Assembly (NCBI GenBank): GCA_030583785.1
Contig: CP129475.1
Location: 768,845 to 832,844, forward strand
Length of the DNA: 64,000 nucleotides
Source: Candidatus Dojkabacteria bacterium
GTDB lineage: Bacteria > Patescibacteriota > Dojkabacteria > B142 > OLB20
Reading direction: 5' to 3'
Below the pieces are notes generated by a model. It did not search any database. It saw only the letters and a program-made list of their open reading frames with translations, and was not told the origin of the DNA. Shown one piece after another: positions 1-10,026 of this stretch (the stretch's first letter is position 1; every line of letters starts with the position of its first letter). Both the position numbers and the translations under genes were made by a program.

Positions 1-585
1 TCTTGAGTGGTTGTAGATTTTGTGAAGAAATATGTTTCAGGGTAAAGGAATCCTTCAAGTGAGACTCCATTAGGTTTGTGTTCATCTAAAAATGTGGCAA
101 CTGTGCTTGTGAAATTTATTTTGTCTGGGTTTTCGGCAATCTTTACATAATCTGCCTCAGAGAAGTTTGTTGCCCCTGCATTTTCAAAGCTTATAGCAAC
201 TATTTTTGCAATCTCATCAAGTCGAAGACCTTCTGGAATTGTTACCTTAAATTCGTCTGCTCGCCTTGAAGACTGCAGTGCCGCAACAATTTCTGGTATA
301 GTTTGCGATGGTGATAAGTCGAATAGCCCTGCTTGAATGCCGGACGAAAGGGAAGTGTTCAAACGCAGATAAATTAATAGAACAGTTTTATCGTTAATCA
401 GGCCTTGTTGAAGTAACTTCTCTGCGATTACATCTGATGATTCTCCGGGCAGCACTTCGAATACGATTCGAGAGTCGCCGCCTACAGAGTTGTTGAGCTG
501 TGTTTCATACCAACGATAAGCTACGAATACCACAAGTCCGAAAATTACTAAAAGCCAGACAATAATTTTTATGAGTTTAACCATG
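1..585 (-). CDS. mltG: Endolytic murein transglycosylase MltG/YceG family, partial (C-terminus runs off the window start). Absent from the ORF track because it is edge-truncated.
   Basis: Minus-strand ATG at 585-583. Translation MVKLIKIIVWLLVIFGLVVFVAYRWYETQLNN... has an N-terminal TM anchor followed by a YceG-like fold (…VTIPEGLRLDEIAKIV…EGFLYPETYFF). Sits just upstream of ruvX, as is common. Confidence 0.7.
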
Positions 586-633
586 TTTGTAGTTTATGAA
601 AGCATATAATTGTATGTATTCTAATTGTTTCGG

Positions 634-1029
634 TCAATTCTTGTCTGTACTGTCAAGGTACTCTTGTAGAATGATTCTTGCGGCTTCGCTGTCAGAATTT
701 TCTCTTTTTCTGCTTCTGGCTCCCAATTCAGCTTTTTTACTGGAATAGGATTCGTCCCAAAGAATTACTTTTAAACCAGTTTCTTTGCTTAGTTCTTCGG
801 CAAAACCTCTGGTGAGCGTTGTCTGTTCTGTATCTCCGTAGTAACCGACCGGCAGGCCCAGAACAATCACCTCGATCTTGTATTTGGAAATTAATTCTTT
901 AAGTGTTCGTAGAAGCTTGGATTTGTCTTTTGCCTTGATTGTTTCAAGAGCCTTTGCAACGATCCCATATTCGTCAGAAACTGCAATGCCAGTTTTGCTT
1001 AATCCGTAGTCAATAGATAGATAAGTCAT
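634..1029 (-). CDS. ruvX: Holliday-junction resolvase-like RuvX/YqgF. The track ORF extends to 1050; the probable start is the internal Met at 1029.
   Basis: MTYLSIDYGLSKTGIAVSD… is the classic YqgF N-terminal RNase H-like motif, and the length fits at about 130 aa. Confidence 0.85.
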   Translation of the reverse strand: MTYLSIDYGLSKTGIAVSDEYGIVAKALETIKAKDKSKLLRTLKELISKYKIEVIVLGLPVGYYGDTEQTTLTRGFAEELSKETGLKVILWDESYSSKKAELGARSRKRENSDSEAARIILQEYLDSTDKN

Positions 1030-1065
1030 AAGCAATTGTAGCAACTTCATCTGCTAATACCAAAA

Positions 1066-1074
1066 AAGTGTTAT
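1066..1074 (+). promoter_or_regulatory. Candidate extended -10 promoter element (TGTTATAAT) for pnp, implying a leader of about 130 nt.
   Basis: tgttataat at 1066-1074 in the ruvX/pnp divergent intergenic region. No convincing -35 was seen. Confidence 0.3.
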
Positions 1075-1204
1075 AATCGGGATGTTTATTTTATCTTGTA
1101 AATAAGTAAATCAGCGTGAAGGAATTTAAAGAGAGTTTAATTAGATTTGAGCGCTCTTCCGAATTTCTCCACCAGTACTTGTTTACAGCAAGAAAGTTAT
1201 TTAT

Positions 1205-3334
1205 ATGAGTACTAAGAATTCAGAGTACAAAAAAATGCTACCTTTTAACGGTGGCGAGTTAGTTTTATCTACTGGCAGACTTGCTCCTAGAGCAGAATCA
1301 TCTGTATTGCTACAGATTGGCGGCACTGTTGTGCTTACAATAGTTTCGATCAGCAAAGAAGATACAGATCTTGATTACTTCCCGCTAACAATAGAATATC
1401 TCGAAAGATTCTATGCCGGAGGCATTATTTCTGGTTCAAGATTTCAAAAACGCGAAGGAAGACCATCAGACGATGCAACACTCGTTGCCAGACAAGTAGA
1501 CCATTCAATTAGATCCTTATTCCCAAAAAGTTTTAAGAAGGATGTAAATGTAATTATTAATGTCATGACCTATGATCAGGAGCATGACCCAGAGACCCTT
1601 GCCGTAACATCGGCGTCCATGGCTTTAATGATTTCCTCTATCCCTTTCAACGGACCAAGCGCCAGCGTAAAGGTTGGTATTAAAGACGGATCATTCATTC
1701 TTAATCCAACTTCATCCGCGCAAGAAGGGCTTGATTCAGAATTCATTGTTTCTGTTCGTGAAGATAGAGTTCTAAATATTGAAGGTTATGGAAACGAAGT
1801 CCCAGAAGAAATGATGGGCGAATTGCTCGATTTCGCGGTTAAGTCCTGCCAACCTTTGTTGGATTTTCAAAAGCAGATTGCCAAAGAAATCGGTAAAGAG
1901 AAATTAGAAGTGCTAGATCTTCCGGTTCCTGAAGAATTAATTGTTGATGCTAAAGAGCTTTTCAGCGAAGACATAACCAAGGGACTTTACGATCAAGAAA
2001 AAAGAAATGTTATCTTTGCAGAAGTCGCAGCTGCACTTCAAAAGAAGCATAACCCAGATAACTTAACAGATGGAATTACTAAAGGACAGGCATTAGAAGC
2101 CGTCGAATATGTCGCAAGAAAACTAATGCGAGAAGGTGTATTAACTTCAGAAAAGCGAACTAGCGGTAGAAAGATAGACGAAATCAGAGAATTAGATATT
2201 GAGGTCGGAGTTCTTCCAAGGGTACATGGTTCGGCTTTGTTCCAAAGAGGACAGACTCAGTGTCTATCTGTTGTTACCTTAGGTAATATGCGCCTTGCTC
2301 AGTTGTCAGAAAGTTTTGAAGGTGAGCACGAAAAAACATTTATACATCACTATAATGGCCCAAGATACTCTCTTGGCGAAGCGGGAAGATTCAATTACTA
2401 TCCCGGAAGGAGAGAAGTAGGCCATGGACACATTACAGAAAACGCACTTAAAGCAGTGCTTCCCTCTAGTGAAGACTTTGCTTATACAATCAGAGTTGTA
2501 TCCGAAATCCTTGCCCAAAGAGGGTCAAGCTCTATGGCGGCGGCATGCGGAACGACCCTTGCACTTATGGATGCGGGAGTCCCAATTCGAAAACCAGTTG
2601 CAGGTATTTCGGTTGGTCTTGTTACCGATGATACAGATTTAAGCAAGTTTAAGTTGCTCACAGATATTGAAGATGTCGAAGACTTTTATGGGGACATGGA
2701 CTTCAAAGTTACAGGAACAGATTTAGGTGTAACTGCGATTCAGTTGGACAACAAACTTATGGGTGTTCCAGTCGCAATTCTTAAAGAAGCTTTTATACGA
2801 GCAAAAGAAGCAAGAACTTATCTTCTGTCCGAAATGACAAAGATAATATCAGCTCCTAGAGGTTCACTTAGTGAATTCGCTCCTAAGGTACAGTCGGTAA
2901 GAATTAACCCTGCAAAGATTGGCGAACTTATCGGTCCCGGTGGAAAAGTCATTAAAGGTATCCTTGAAGCTGTTGGAGAAGATATTGATATCAATATCCA
3001 AGACGATGGAAGAGTCGACATAAGTTCTGTTAAACAAGAACTTATCGACATGGCTAAAGAAAAGGTGCTGTCACTTATGGAAGAGCCAGAAGTTGGAAAA
3101 ATCTACACCGGTGTTGTTGACAAAATTATGGAATACGGAGCTTTTGTTGATGTAAACAGCAATATTTCGGGGTTATTGCATATTTCAGAGATGTCCGATC
3201 AGTTTGTAAAGGATCCAAGACAAGTTGTTAAAGAAGGAGATCGTGTCACAGTTAAACTTCTCAAGATGGAAAACGGCAGGATTAACTTCACAATGAAAGG
3301 TCTAAACAAGCAGAATCCTGAGTCCGAAAGTTAA
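1205..3334 (+). CDS. pnp: Polyribonucleotide nucleotidyltransferase (PNPase)
   Basis: 709 aa with two RNase PH-like domains (GGIISGSRFQKREGRPSD; …GSSSMAAACG…) followed by C-terminal KH and S1 domains (GKIYTGVVDKIMEYGAFVDV). Confidence 0.95.
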   Translation: MSTKNSEYKKMLPFNGGELVLSTGRLAPRAESSVLLQIGGTVVLTIVSISKEDTDLDYFPLTIEYLERFYAGGIISGSRFQKREGRPSDDATLVARQVDHSIRSLFPKSFKKDVNVIINVMTYDQEHDPETLAVTSASMALMISSIPFNGPSASVKVGIKDGSFILNPTSSAQEGLDSEFIVSVREDRVLNIEGYGNEVPEEMMGELLDFAVKSCQPLLDFQKQIAKEIGKEKLEVLDLPVPEELIVDAKELFSEDITKGLYDQEKRNVIFAEVAAALQKKHNPDNLTDGITKGQALEAVEYVARKLMREGVLTSEKRTSGRKIDEIRELDIEVGVLPRVHGSALFQRGQTQCLSVVTLGNMRLAQLSESFEGEHEKTFIHHYNGPRYSLGEAGRFNYYPGRREVGHGHITENALKAVLPSSEDFAYTIRVVSEILAQRGSSSMAAACGTTLALMDAGVPIRKPVAGISVGLVTDDTDLSKFKLLTDIEDVEDFYGDMDFKVTGTDLGVTAIQLDNKLMGVPVAILKEAFIRAKEARTYLLSEMTKIISAPRGSLSEFAPKVQSVRINPAKIGELIGPGGKVIKGILEAVGEDIDINIQDDGRVDISSVKQELIDMAKEKVLSLMEEPEVGKIYTGVVDKIMEYGAFVDVNSNISGLLHISEMSDQFVKDPRQVVKEGDRVTVKLLKMENGRINFTMKGLNKQNPESES

Positions 3335-3354
3335 GCATATATAAATAAGGGCAA

Positions 3355-5073
3355 ATGGTTCGCCGCACTTTTAGTTCACTTAAAAACCTGCTTCTTAAAG
3401 AGCAAAATGAAATCATTTCGGCCGTAGCAGTGCTGATGGTGCTTTCACTGGTGACCAAGTTGACTGGAATGGTCTTCCTAACCTTGGTTGCCAGACAATT
3501 CGGAGCCTCCCTGGAAACAGATAAGTTTTACTTGGCTTCGGTAATCCCAGAAATGATTACAAACATCATCTTGCTGGGTGCTGTCTCTGGTGCGATTATC
3601 CCAATATTCGTAAAACTGCGTGAAGACAAAGGAGAACAAATGTTCTTGCGAAGTTTTAGTTCCACCATGAACACGGCAATGCTTTCCTTTGTGGTGCTTT
3701 CTGTTATCGCAGCTTTGTTTTCCAGAGAACTGGTTCCGTTTGCTATAAACTTATCGGGTGGTAGTCCCCTTAATGATCCTCAAGTTATAAACGATGTTGT
3801 CTGGATGATGCGTATAATGCTCATCCCTCAAATTGTTCTCGGACTAAGTGCCTTTGTTTCAACAAGTCTAAATATCTATAGCAGATTCATTATTCCGCAA
3901 CTTGCTCCGTTATTTTTTAATATTGGTAAGATCATCGGAGTCTTGCTAATTGTTCCGTTAATGGGTGGTAGCATCTGGGGATTAATCTGGGGAACTCTGC
4001 TAGGATCGCTGCTACATTTATTGATTCAGCTACCTTTGCTTTGGCATCTGCGCTTAAAGTTTAACTTACTTCTGTTTGATTTCCGTGATAAATATTTCCG
4101 TCAGGCAGTAAGGTTAGGTGCTCCTAGGGTGGCAAGTCTAAGTGTGGAGCAGTTTGCAAGCGTTATTGATAGTATCATTGCGATAGGTCTAGCAAAAGGA
4201 TCTTTGACTGTTTACCAGCTTGGAGTCAGATTGATATCAATTCCACTTAATCTCTTTGGAACAACATATTCAATTGCAGCATTCCCCACTTTGGCTAGGC
4301 TTCATGCCAATGGAAATCGTGAAGAATTTGGGATGCTCATTAATAAACTAATACAGCAAGTGTTTTTTTTAGCAATTCCGGTAACCGTTCTTCTGCTTGT
4401 ATTAAGAATACCTATTGTGCGTTTAGTTTACGGTATTTTAGGAGGTAATTTTACTTGGGAGGACACACTACAGGTTGCTTGGGTTGTTATGTTCTTTTCT
4501 CTAGGTTTGGTTTTTGAAACTCTCCGCAGTGCTTTGTTCAGGGTTTACTATGCTATGCATAATTCGATAATCCCCTTGATATCTAGTGTGATAGTTGTAG
4601 TAACCGGCATAACTACCGGAATATTATTAACAAATTACTTCAGTCACTTTACTTCTTTCTCTTTGCAAAACATAACCTGGGATATTAATTATTTCTTTAC
4701 AAAATCTGATGGACCTGCTGGAGTTGGAGGTCTGGCATTAAGTTCAAGTATCGTGTTTACGCTCGAGTTCTTTTTCTTGGTTTTTGTTTTATATAAGAAG
4801 AAGGTAATTAAACTAAGACCAATTGTTAAATCTGCGGCAAAAAAATTCTTGGCAGGTCTGATCATGTTTGTTATCTCTTACGCAATGCTCAAACTCTGGG
4901 ATGAAGTGTTAAATACTGCCAGGACTCTTCAACTAACTGTTCTGACTATCACAACAATAATCTCTTCTTTCATGCTTTATCTTTGGACAAGTTTTGTACT
5001 CGGTGTGCCAGAGGTTGAGCTCTTCATGAACTATATAGGTAGACTTCTTCGAAAGCTCAAGAAAAGCATTTGA
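3355..5073 (+). CDS. murJ: Lipid II flippase MurJ/MviN
   Basis: The N-terminus LKNLLLKEQNEIISAVAVLMVLSLVTKLTGMVFLTLVARQFGAS…DKFYLASVIPEMI is a MurJ signature, with 12+ TM helices. It ends with a TGA stop. Confidence 0.9.
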   Translation: MVRRTFSSLKNLLLKEQNEIISAVAVLMVLSLVTKLTGMVFLTLVARQFGASLETDKFYLASVIPEMITNIILLGAVSGAIIPIFVKLREDKGEQMFLRSFSSTMNTAMLSFVVLSVIAALFSRELVPFAINLSGGSPLNDPQVINDVVWMMRIMLIPQIVLGLSAFVSTSLNIYSRFIIPQLAPLFFNIGKIIGVLLIVPLMGGSIWGLIWGTLLGSLLHLLIQLPLLWHLRLKFNLLLFDFRDKYFRQAVRLGAPRVASLSVEQFASVIDSIIAIGLAKGSLTVYQLGVRLISIPLNLFGTTYSIAAFPTLARLHANGNREEFGMLINKLIQQVFFLAIPVTVLLLVLRIPIVRLVYGILGGNFTWEDTLQVAWVVMFFSLGLVFETLRSALFRVYYAMHNSIIPLISSVIVVVTGITTGILLTNYFSHFTSFSLQNITWDINYFFTKSDGPAGVGGLALSSSIVFTLEFFFLVFVLYKKKVIKLRPIVKSAAKKFLAGLIMFVISYAMLKLWDEVLNTARTLQLTVLTITTIISSFMLYLWTSFVLGVPEVELFMNYIGRLLRKLKKSI

Positions 5074-5144
5074 GTCACAGGTGTGCGGTGTTATAAACTG
5101 TAATTGTTTAAGCAGGTTCTTATAACTGAAGAAAAGGAAAAATC

Positions 5145-5966
5145 ATGAATAAAAACAAAGAAATAAGCCCTCTTAAGCAAGTCGGGCCAGAAACAACACG
5201 AGAAAAGATTCCTGCATCAATTCAACAGTTCAATCAATATAACTATTATCAACAGCAAACTACTACAGATAAACCTAAGTCTAGAAAATTCAATCTACTA
5301 TCGCCATTTAAGCTTCTACTTATGCCTTTTAAGTTATTAGGGTTGATTCGAAAGGCTATTACCACAGGTTGTTTTTTTATTGTTTTAGGAATAATACTAT
5401 TCGTTCTTTTCATAGTATTTAGACCAGTGTTTTTGTGGAATCCGTTTAAAGATTTTCTCAACGAAGGTTTGCAGCCATATCCAATGGAAATTGATATGCA
5501 AGGTTTTTATGAAGCAGCAAGTATTTCAGCCAGTTCAACCAGAAGGCTTGAAATCACAGAGGAAGAACTTGCTGCATTGTTCAAGCAACATCTTACAGAT
5601 GAAACCGATTTAAGGACACAAATAAGTCCGGACAGAGTACGAGTAATGGTTAATGTTGAAGAGTCCGACCACCCACTTTGGTTAGTTGCAGATATCAGCA
5701 AAAATGAAGCAGACACTTTTTCTCTAACCAATGCCGGATTTGTCCGCTTCGGGTTCCCCGGAGGAATCAATTCGGTAATTGGAGATAGAATTTTTTCTGT
5801 GCTGGATTTAAAAAAACAACAAGTCGCCGGAAATTCCAATACCAGATTTTTCAACTTTCTACTTGATCATGCTAGATTTACCAAGAATGTTGTCTTAAAA
5901 GATGTTGAACTTGAAGAAGGTCGAATTACTCTAAACTTCGAATCTAAGAAACCGGAGGGCTTTTGA
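5145..5966 (+). CDS. Hypothetical membrane-anchored protein with a single TM near residue 70
   Basis: ORF with a Q/T-rich N-terminus and the TM segment ITTGCFFIVLGIILFVLFIVF. It overlaps the holA start by 4 nt, which suggests translational coupling. Confidence 0.4.
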   Translation: MNKNKEISPLKQVGPETTREKIPASIQQFNQYNYYQQQTTTDKPKSRKFNLLSPFKLLLMPFKLLGLIRKAITTGCFFIVLGIILFVLFIVFRPVFLWNPFKDFLNEGLQPYPMEIDMQGFYEAASISASSTRRLEITEEELAALFKQHLTDETDLRTQISPDRVRVMVNVEESDHPLWLVADISKNEADTFSLTNAGFVRFGFPGGINSVIGDRIFSVLDLKKQQVAGNSNTRFFNFLLDHARFTKNVVLKDVELEEGRITLNFESKKPEGF

Positions 5967-6880
5967 TGATCTATCTACTGCACGGAGAGAATACATTTGC
6001 CAGTAGTCAGCAGATGAATGGACTATTAAATGGTGAATACTCGCTTATTGACGGTTCTGTCCTAGACAGCATTGATCCAATATTTCAGCAGAGCGATTCA
6101 ATTTCTATGTTCGCTGGGTTAACTCAGAAAAAAACACTTGTAAAAAGGTTCTTTTCAAATCGTAAGAAAACCTTGCAAGAAAAATTGTTAACTGAACTCG
6201 AAACTAGAACCGAACTTCCCGAGATTATCTTCTGGGAATCCGGGAAGGTTGATGCCAGACTAAAGTTATACAAATACATAAGCAAGCATGGCAAAGTTGT
6301 CGAATCTACAATCTTGAATGAATCAAATGTGATCAATTGGCTAGTTAAGTATGCGGATGAAAAGGATGTGAATTTGAGTTCTAGTATTGCACGAACAATT
6401 GTAAATCATGTGGGAACAAACCAACATATATTAGCGGGTGAGGTAGATAAGCTTATTCTGCTTGCGAAATCTCACGAAAGGAATTTTTTGGTAGAGGAAG
6501 ATATCTCGATTCTAGCAGGTTCAACCCTAGAGGCAAGCAGGTGGGATCTACTCGAGGCTATAAATAGCGGAAACAAGAAGCTATCGCTACAGCTTGTTAA
6601 TCAGATTCTCCAGAACCCGAACGAATTCCAGCCACTAGTGGGACTCTTGGCTTGGCAATTCAGAACCTTATATTTGGTTTCTAGAAAAGACCTGACAACA
6701 GTAGATCTGGCAGAATTAGGAATTAAGGGATATGTCCTTCAGAAAGCAAGGTCTTACCTGCATAAAACAAATTCGCAAAAGATACTTGTCTTGCATCATA
6801 AGTTGGCCAATCTAGATTTAGCTGTGAAAGAGGGTCGGATTGATGCTAGAATAGGTATCAATATGTTGCTTACTATTTGA
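5963..6880 (+). CDS. holA: DNA polymerase III delta subunit
   Basis: MIYLLHGENTF… N-terminus and a C-terminal helical domain with …LLAWQFRTLYLV…, typical of HolA. Confidence 0.75.
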   Translation: MMIYLLHGENTFASSQQMNGLLNGEYSLIDGSVLDSIDPIFQQSDSISMFAGLTQKKTLVKRFFSNRKKTLQEKLLTELETRTELPEIIFWESGKVDARLKLYKYISKHGKVVESTILNESNVINWLVKYADEKDVNLSSSIARTIVNHVGTNQHILAGEVDKLILLAKSHERNFLVEEDISILAGSTLEASRWDLLEAINSGNKKLSLQLVNQILQNPNEFQPLVGLLAWQFRTLYLVSRKDLTTVDLAELGIKGYVLQKARSYLHKTNSQKILVLHHKLANLDLAVKEGRIDARIGINMLLTI

Positions 6881-8091
6881 TGAGATCCTTTGCAAGAATA
6901 CTATTAGTTATTGTGATAATTGCTTCCAATCTATTTCTTGGTGGTAATACTGTAGATTCTCAACAGGTGATTAGCAGATCAAGTTTTTCTTTAGAAGAGA
7001 ATTCTATACCTACAGATGACTCTTTCTCACCTGCAAAATCAATCTATATTTCTCCGGTTAGCATAGAATCGGCCAGATTTATCAGTGATGAAAAGTGGTA
7101 TGAAGGTATCTATTACTACCAAGCCTTTCGTCTCAATCAGGGTGATTTTCTTTATCATTATGTTGTTACGAGAAATGGATTAATCTATCAGGGCAACTTA
7201 AAGGGAGAAGATCATCGTTTCTTGTTTGAAGACGAGAGTGAGAAGCCAATTGTTATTGCCTATCTTACTCCCGAAGGGGAATCAGACTTCTCGGTAGAAG
7301 CACTAGAAAGAATAAAAGATTTGGCCTCCACAATTGCCAATAGAAACTCTGTTGATCCTTCGTTAATTGAAGCTAGAGATGTGCAGTTCGTGGCAAAGCA
7401 AGGAGAGGCAATTAAATTGCGCAGTCGCAAATTAACTGGCAGATGGGAAAGATCCGTTACTGCAATTTCTGATTTTGTAAAAGATAACTACAATCCAGTC
7501 CCGAAACAGATTAGTTTCGCAGTCGATTCGGTATCACTACCTTCAGAAGCCGTTAATTATGGCGACAATGTTCTAATGAATATTACCATCAGAAACACAG
7601 GTCAAGATATTTATTATCAGGGTCAAGAAGCGGATCCAATTATTTCTAAGGTCTCGTCAGAACCAAGTAAATTCTTTCTAAACCAGATCTGGCTAAGCCA
7701 AACTCAAGCAGCAATTGGTTTAGATAATGCCATAATTAGACCTGGTGAAACCGGCACTTATCAAGTCAGAATAGGTGTGCCATTGTTCTTTGGAGAGATT
7801 GTTGAGACATTCGAGCTAGCTGATTCTTTGGGTAGAACATACCCAGATAGTAGGTTTGATCTTAAATTGCAAGTTAATCGACCCGACCGTGAAGTTGTCG
7901 AAATTACACAAACAGAAACAGGACAGTTAAATGTTAGAGAAAACCCTAACGGATCTGCACCAATTAGTGGAAGAGTCACTCCAGGACAGCGATTCTTTGT
8001 TATTGAAAGAACTACCAATGGCTGGATTAAACTTGACTTAGGAGATAATAAAACAGGGTGGGTGGTGGCTTCGTATACTCGTGTTGTATAG
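6877..8091 (+). CDS. Secreted cell-wall-associated protein: PGRP/amidase_2-like N-terminal domain, Ig-like middle region, C-terminal bacterial SH3 (SH3b) domain
   Basis: Signal peptide MMRSFARILLVIVIIASNLFLG. FLYHYVVTRNGLIYQGN resembles the amidase_2 core. The C-terminus GQLNVRENPNGSAPISGRVTPGQRFFVIERTTNGWIKLDLGDNKTGWV is SH3b-like. Confidence 0.45.
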   Translation: MMRSFARILLVIVIIASNLFLGGNTVDSQQVISRSSFSLEENSIPTDDSFSPAKSIYISPVSIESARFISDEKWYEGIYYYQAFRLNQGDFLYHYVVTRNGLIYQGNLKGEDHRFLFEDESEKPIVIAYLTPEGESDFSVEALERIKDLASTIANRNSVDPSLIEARDVQFVAKQGEAIKLRSRKLTGRWERSVTAISDFVKDNYNPVPKQISFAVDSVSLPSEAVNYGDNVLMNITIRNTGQDIYYQGQEADPIISKVSSEPSKFFLNQIWLSQTQAAIGLDNAIIRPGETGTYQVRIGVPLFFGEIVETFELADSLGRTYPDSRFDLKLQVNRPDREVVEITQTETGQLNVRENPNGSAPISGRVTPGQRFFVIERTTNGWIKLDLGDNKTGWVVASYTRVV

Positions 8092-8113
8092 TGGCGGCAG
8101 TAAACTGCCGCCA
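8092..8113. terminator. Bidirectional intrinsic terminator hairpin shared by the convergent genes at 6877..8091 and 8122..8823
   Basis: Perfect inverted repeat TGGCGGCAG-TAAA-CTGCCGCCA, starting immediately after the TAG stop at 8089-8091. Confidence 0.6.
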
Positions 8114-8121
8114 CAACATCG

Positions 8122-8823
8122 TTAACAACTACTACCAATACATATGTCTCCGTTATGATAGAGTTGCATAAGGTTTCTTTGCCATGATGTTCCGTTGTCG
8201 CCCATCGCCTGGAAATTGACTTTACCTTGATGAACATCTATACGGAAAGTTCTTGTTCCAGAGGCTGCCTGTTCGTCTTCTAACAGTATTGAGGGAATAT
8301 CTCCTTCTTTAAGGTGAAGTCGTGCTTTGGGGATATCGTTTCCAGATGTACTTCCGACAAATTGACCGAGTCCTGTTGCTCTATTGGGGCCATAGAATAA
8401 AAAACCGTTTGTTTCTGACCTTAGGGGACCAGAATATAATTCTAAGTTTGCATAGTCGTTGCTGCCTCTAATCAATGCTCTGGTAGTTTGTCTGTTTTGA
8501 GCATCGGCAGTAGTAAGTTCTAATGTGCTTGGTCCGCCAAGTAATTCTTGTGTAAGTCCGAAAGAGCCACCAACACCATTGGTAATATTCAATAGAGTTT
8601 CTGGGGTTGCTGTGCCAACGCCGACTTTGCCACCACTATAATGGATACCTGTCAGATTGGTTTGCCAACCAGTTGGTTCGTTAGCGAAAGCAGGATTGAA
8701 AACATACGCAAGTGCCAATATAACAGATGCAGACATGGCAAGTCGAAGCATTTTTGCTAGGTGCATATTAAGATAGATAATAAGTAATGTTGTAATTATC
8801 AAAGTTGGAAATAAAAATATCAT
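8122..8823 (-). CDS. Secreted protein with a tail-fibre-like G-V-G-I/V-G-T-x-x-P motif. An alternative start at the second Met (8766) gives a cleaner signal peptide.
   Basis: Signal peptide MHLAKMLRLAMSASVILALAYVFNPAFA. GKVGVGTATPETLLNI matches the motif common in phage tail-fibre and adhesin C-terminal regions. Confidence 0.5.
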   Translation of the reverse strand: MIFLFPTLIITTLLIIYLNMHLAKMLRLAMSASVILALAYVFNPAFANEPTGWQTNLTGIHYSGGKVGVGTATPETLLNITNGVGGSFGLTQELLGGPSTLELTTADAQNRQTTRALIRGSNDYANLELYSGPLRSETNGFLFYGPNRATGLGQFVGSTSGNDIPKARLHLKEGDIPSILLEDEQAASGTRTFRIDVHQGKVNFQAMGDNGTSWQRNLMQLYHNGDICIGSSC

Positions 8824-8973
8824 TAATTTTTTTACTTTCTAGAAAGCTCCAAAGTTAATAAAAAGTTAGATTGACAGCGATAAACTACATCTGTTATTTT
8901 GAGTAAATACTTAGTTCATTTTCACTGCCGATCTACTCGAAATAGCATTATCTTAGCTATTAATATTTAGACT

Positions 8974-9999
8974 ATGGCCAAAGACAAAACAGAAAAAGCA
9001 GTTGTACAAGAGACCGACGGCAAGAAAAAGGCTCTGACAATGGCAGTCGAGCAAATTGAAAAACAGTTCGGCAAAGGCTCAATCATGCGCTTGGGCGAAA
9101 ATGTAAAAAGAACAGATGTAGATGCAATCTCTACAGGTGCTCTATCCTTAGATATTGCATTAGGAGTGGGTGGTGTTCCCAAGGGCAGAATTATTGAGAT
9201 ATACGGACCAGAATCGTCCGGTAAAACAACGCTCGCCCTTCATATTATTGCCGAAGCCCAAGCTCAAGGCGGGGTTGCAGCTTTTATTGATGCCGAACAT
9301 GCACTCGATCCGCTCTATGCTCAACATATCGGAATTAATCTTGACGACCTTCTGATTTCCCAGCCAGACTACGGAGAACAAGCTCTAGAGATACTCGAAA
9401 CTCTGATCCGTTCTGGTGCAGTTGATGTCGTCGTTGTTGACTCTGTTGCTGCCCTGACTCCTAGAGCAGAAATAGAAGGTGATATGGGGGATTCCCATAT
9501 GGGTCTTCAAGCAAGGCTTATGAGTCAGGCACTTAGAAAAATCACTGCTGTTGCTGCAAAAATGGGGACAACAATAATCTTTATAAATCAGTTGCGTATG
9601 AAAATCGGTGTTATGTTCGGAAACCCCGAAACTACAACTGGTGGTAATGCCTTAAAATTCTATTCTTCTGTCAGAATGGAAATTCGAAAAAAAGAGAAGA
9701 TTGGAACTCTAGAAAATGTTGAAGGGCATAAAGTGAAAGTTAAAGTTGTAAAAAATAAAGTGGCGCCACCATTTAAAGAGGCAACCTTTGATATTATATA
9801 TCCAAACGGCATAGATAAACTGAGCTCTTTGCTCGATGCAGCACTTATGTTTAAGATTATCGAAAAAGCCGGATCTTGGTTCAAGATGGGTAATAATCAG
9901 CTCGGACAAGGTGGAGAAGCCGTTAAAGAACTATTAAGAACAGATAAGAATCTGCGCAAAGAAGTATATGCAGCTGTTAAAAAGGCTGCCGCAGTTTAA
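8974..9999 (+). CDS. recA: Recombinase RecA
   Basis: [24 protein letters not shown]…, Walker [10 protein letters not shown], and the conserved RecA L1/L2 regions. Confidence 0.95.
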   Translation: MAKDKTEKAVVQETDGKKKALTMAVEQIEKQFGKGSIMRLGENVKRTDVDAISTGALSLDIALGVGGVPKGRIIEIYGPESSGKTTLALHIIAEAQAQGGVAAFIDAEHALDPLYAQHIGINLDDLLISQPDYGEQALEILETLIRSGAVDVVVVDSVAALTPRAEIEGDMGDSHMGLQARLMSQALRKITAVAAKMGTTIIFINQLRMKIGVMFGNPETTTGGNALKFYSSVRMEIRKKEKIGTLENVEGHKVKVKVVKNKVAPPFKEATFDIIYPNGIDKLSSLLDAALMFKIIEKAGSWFKMGNNQLGQGGEAVKELLRTDKNLRKEVYAAVKKAAAV

Positions 10000-10026
10000 G
10001 AAATTCTATTTAATTTTTAAATTCGA

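Noticed and set aside
2306-3051. Short ORFs nested in pnp (2306..2518 -, 2424..2642 +, 2818..3051 -). Similar nested small ORFs occur throughout the window, for example inside ileS, rny, the GTs and the 54-58 kb region.
   Set aside because: They overlap well-supported long CDSs on the opposite strand or in a different frame and have low-complexity translations. They are typical spurious ORFs of AT-rich DNA.
8824-8973. SOS/LexA or Cheo box upstream of recA
   Set aside because: Scanning found TTGACA-N17-TTATTT promoter-like spacing, but no convincing GAAC-N4-GTTC or CTGT-N8-ACAG operator. It cannot be supported from sequence alone.
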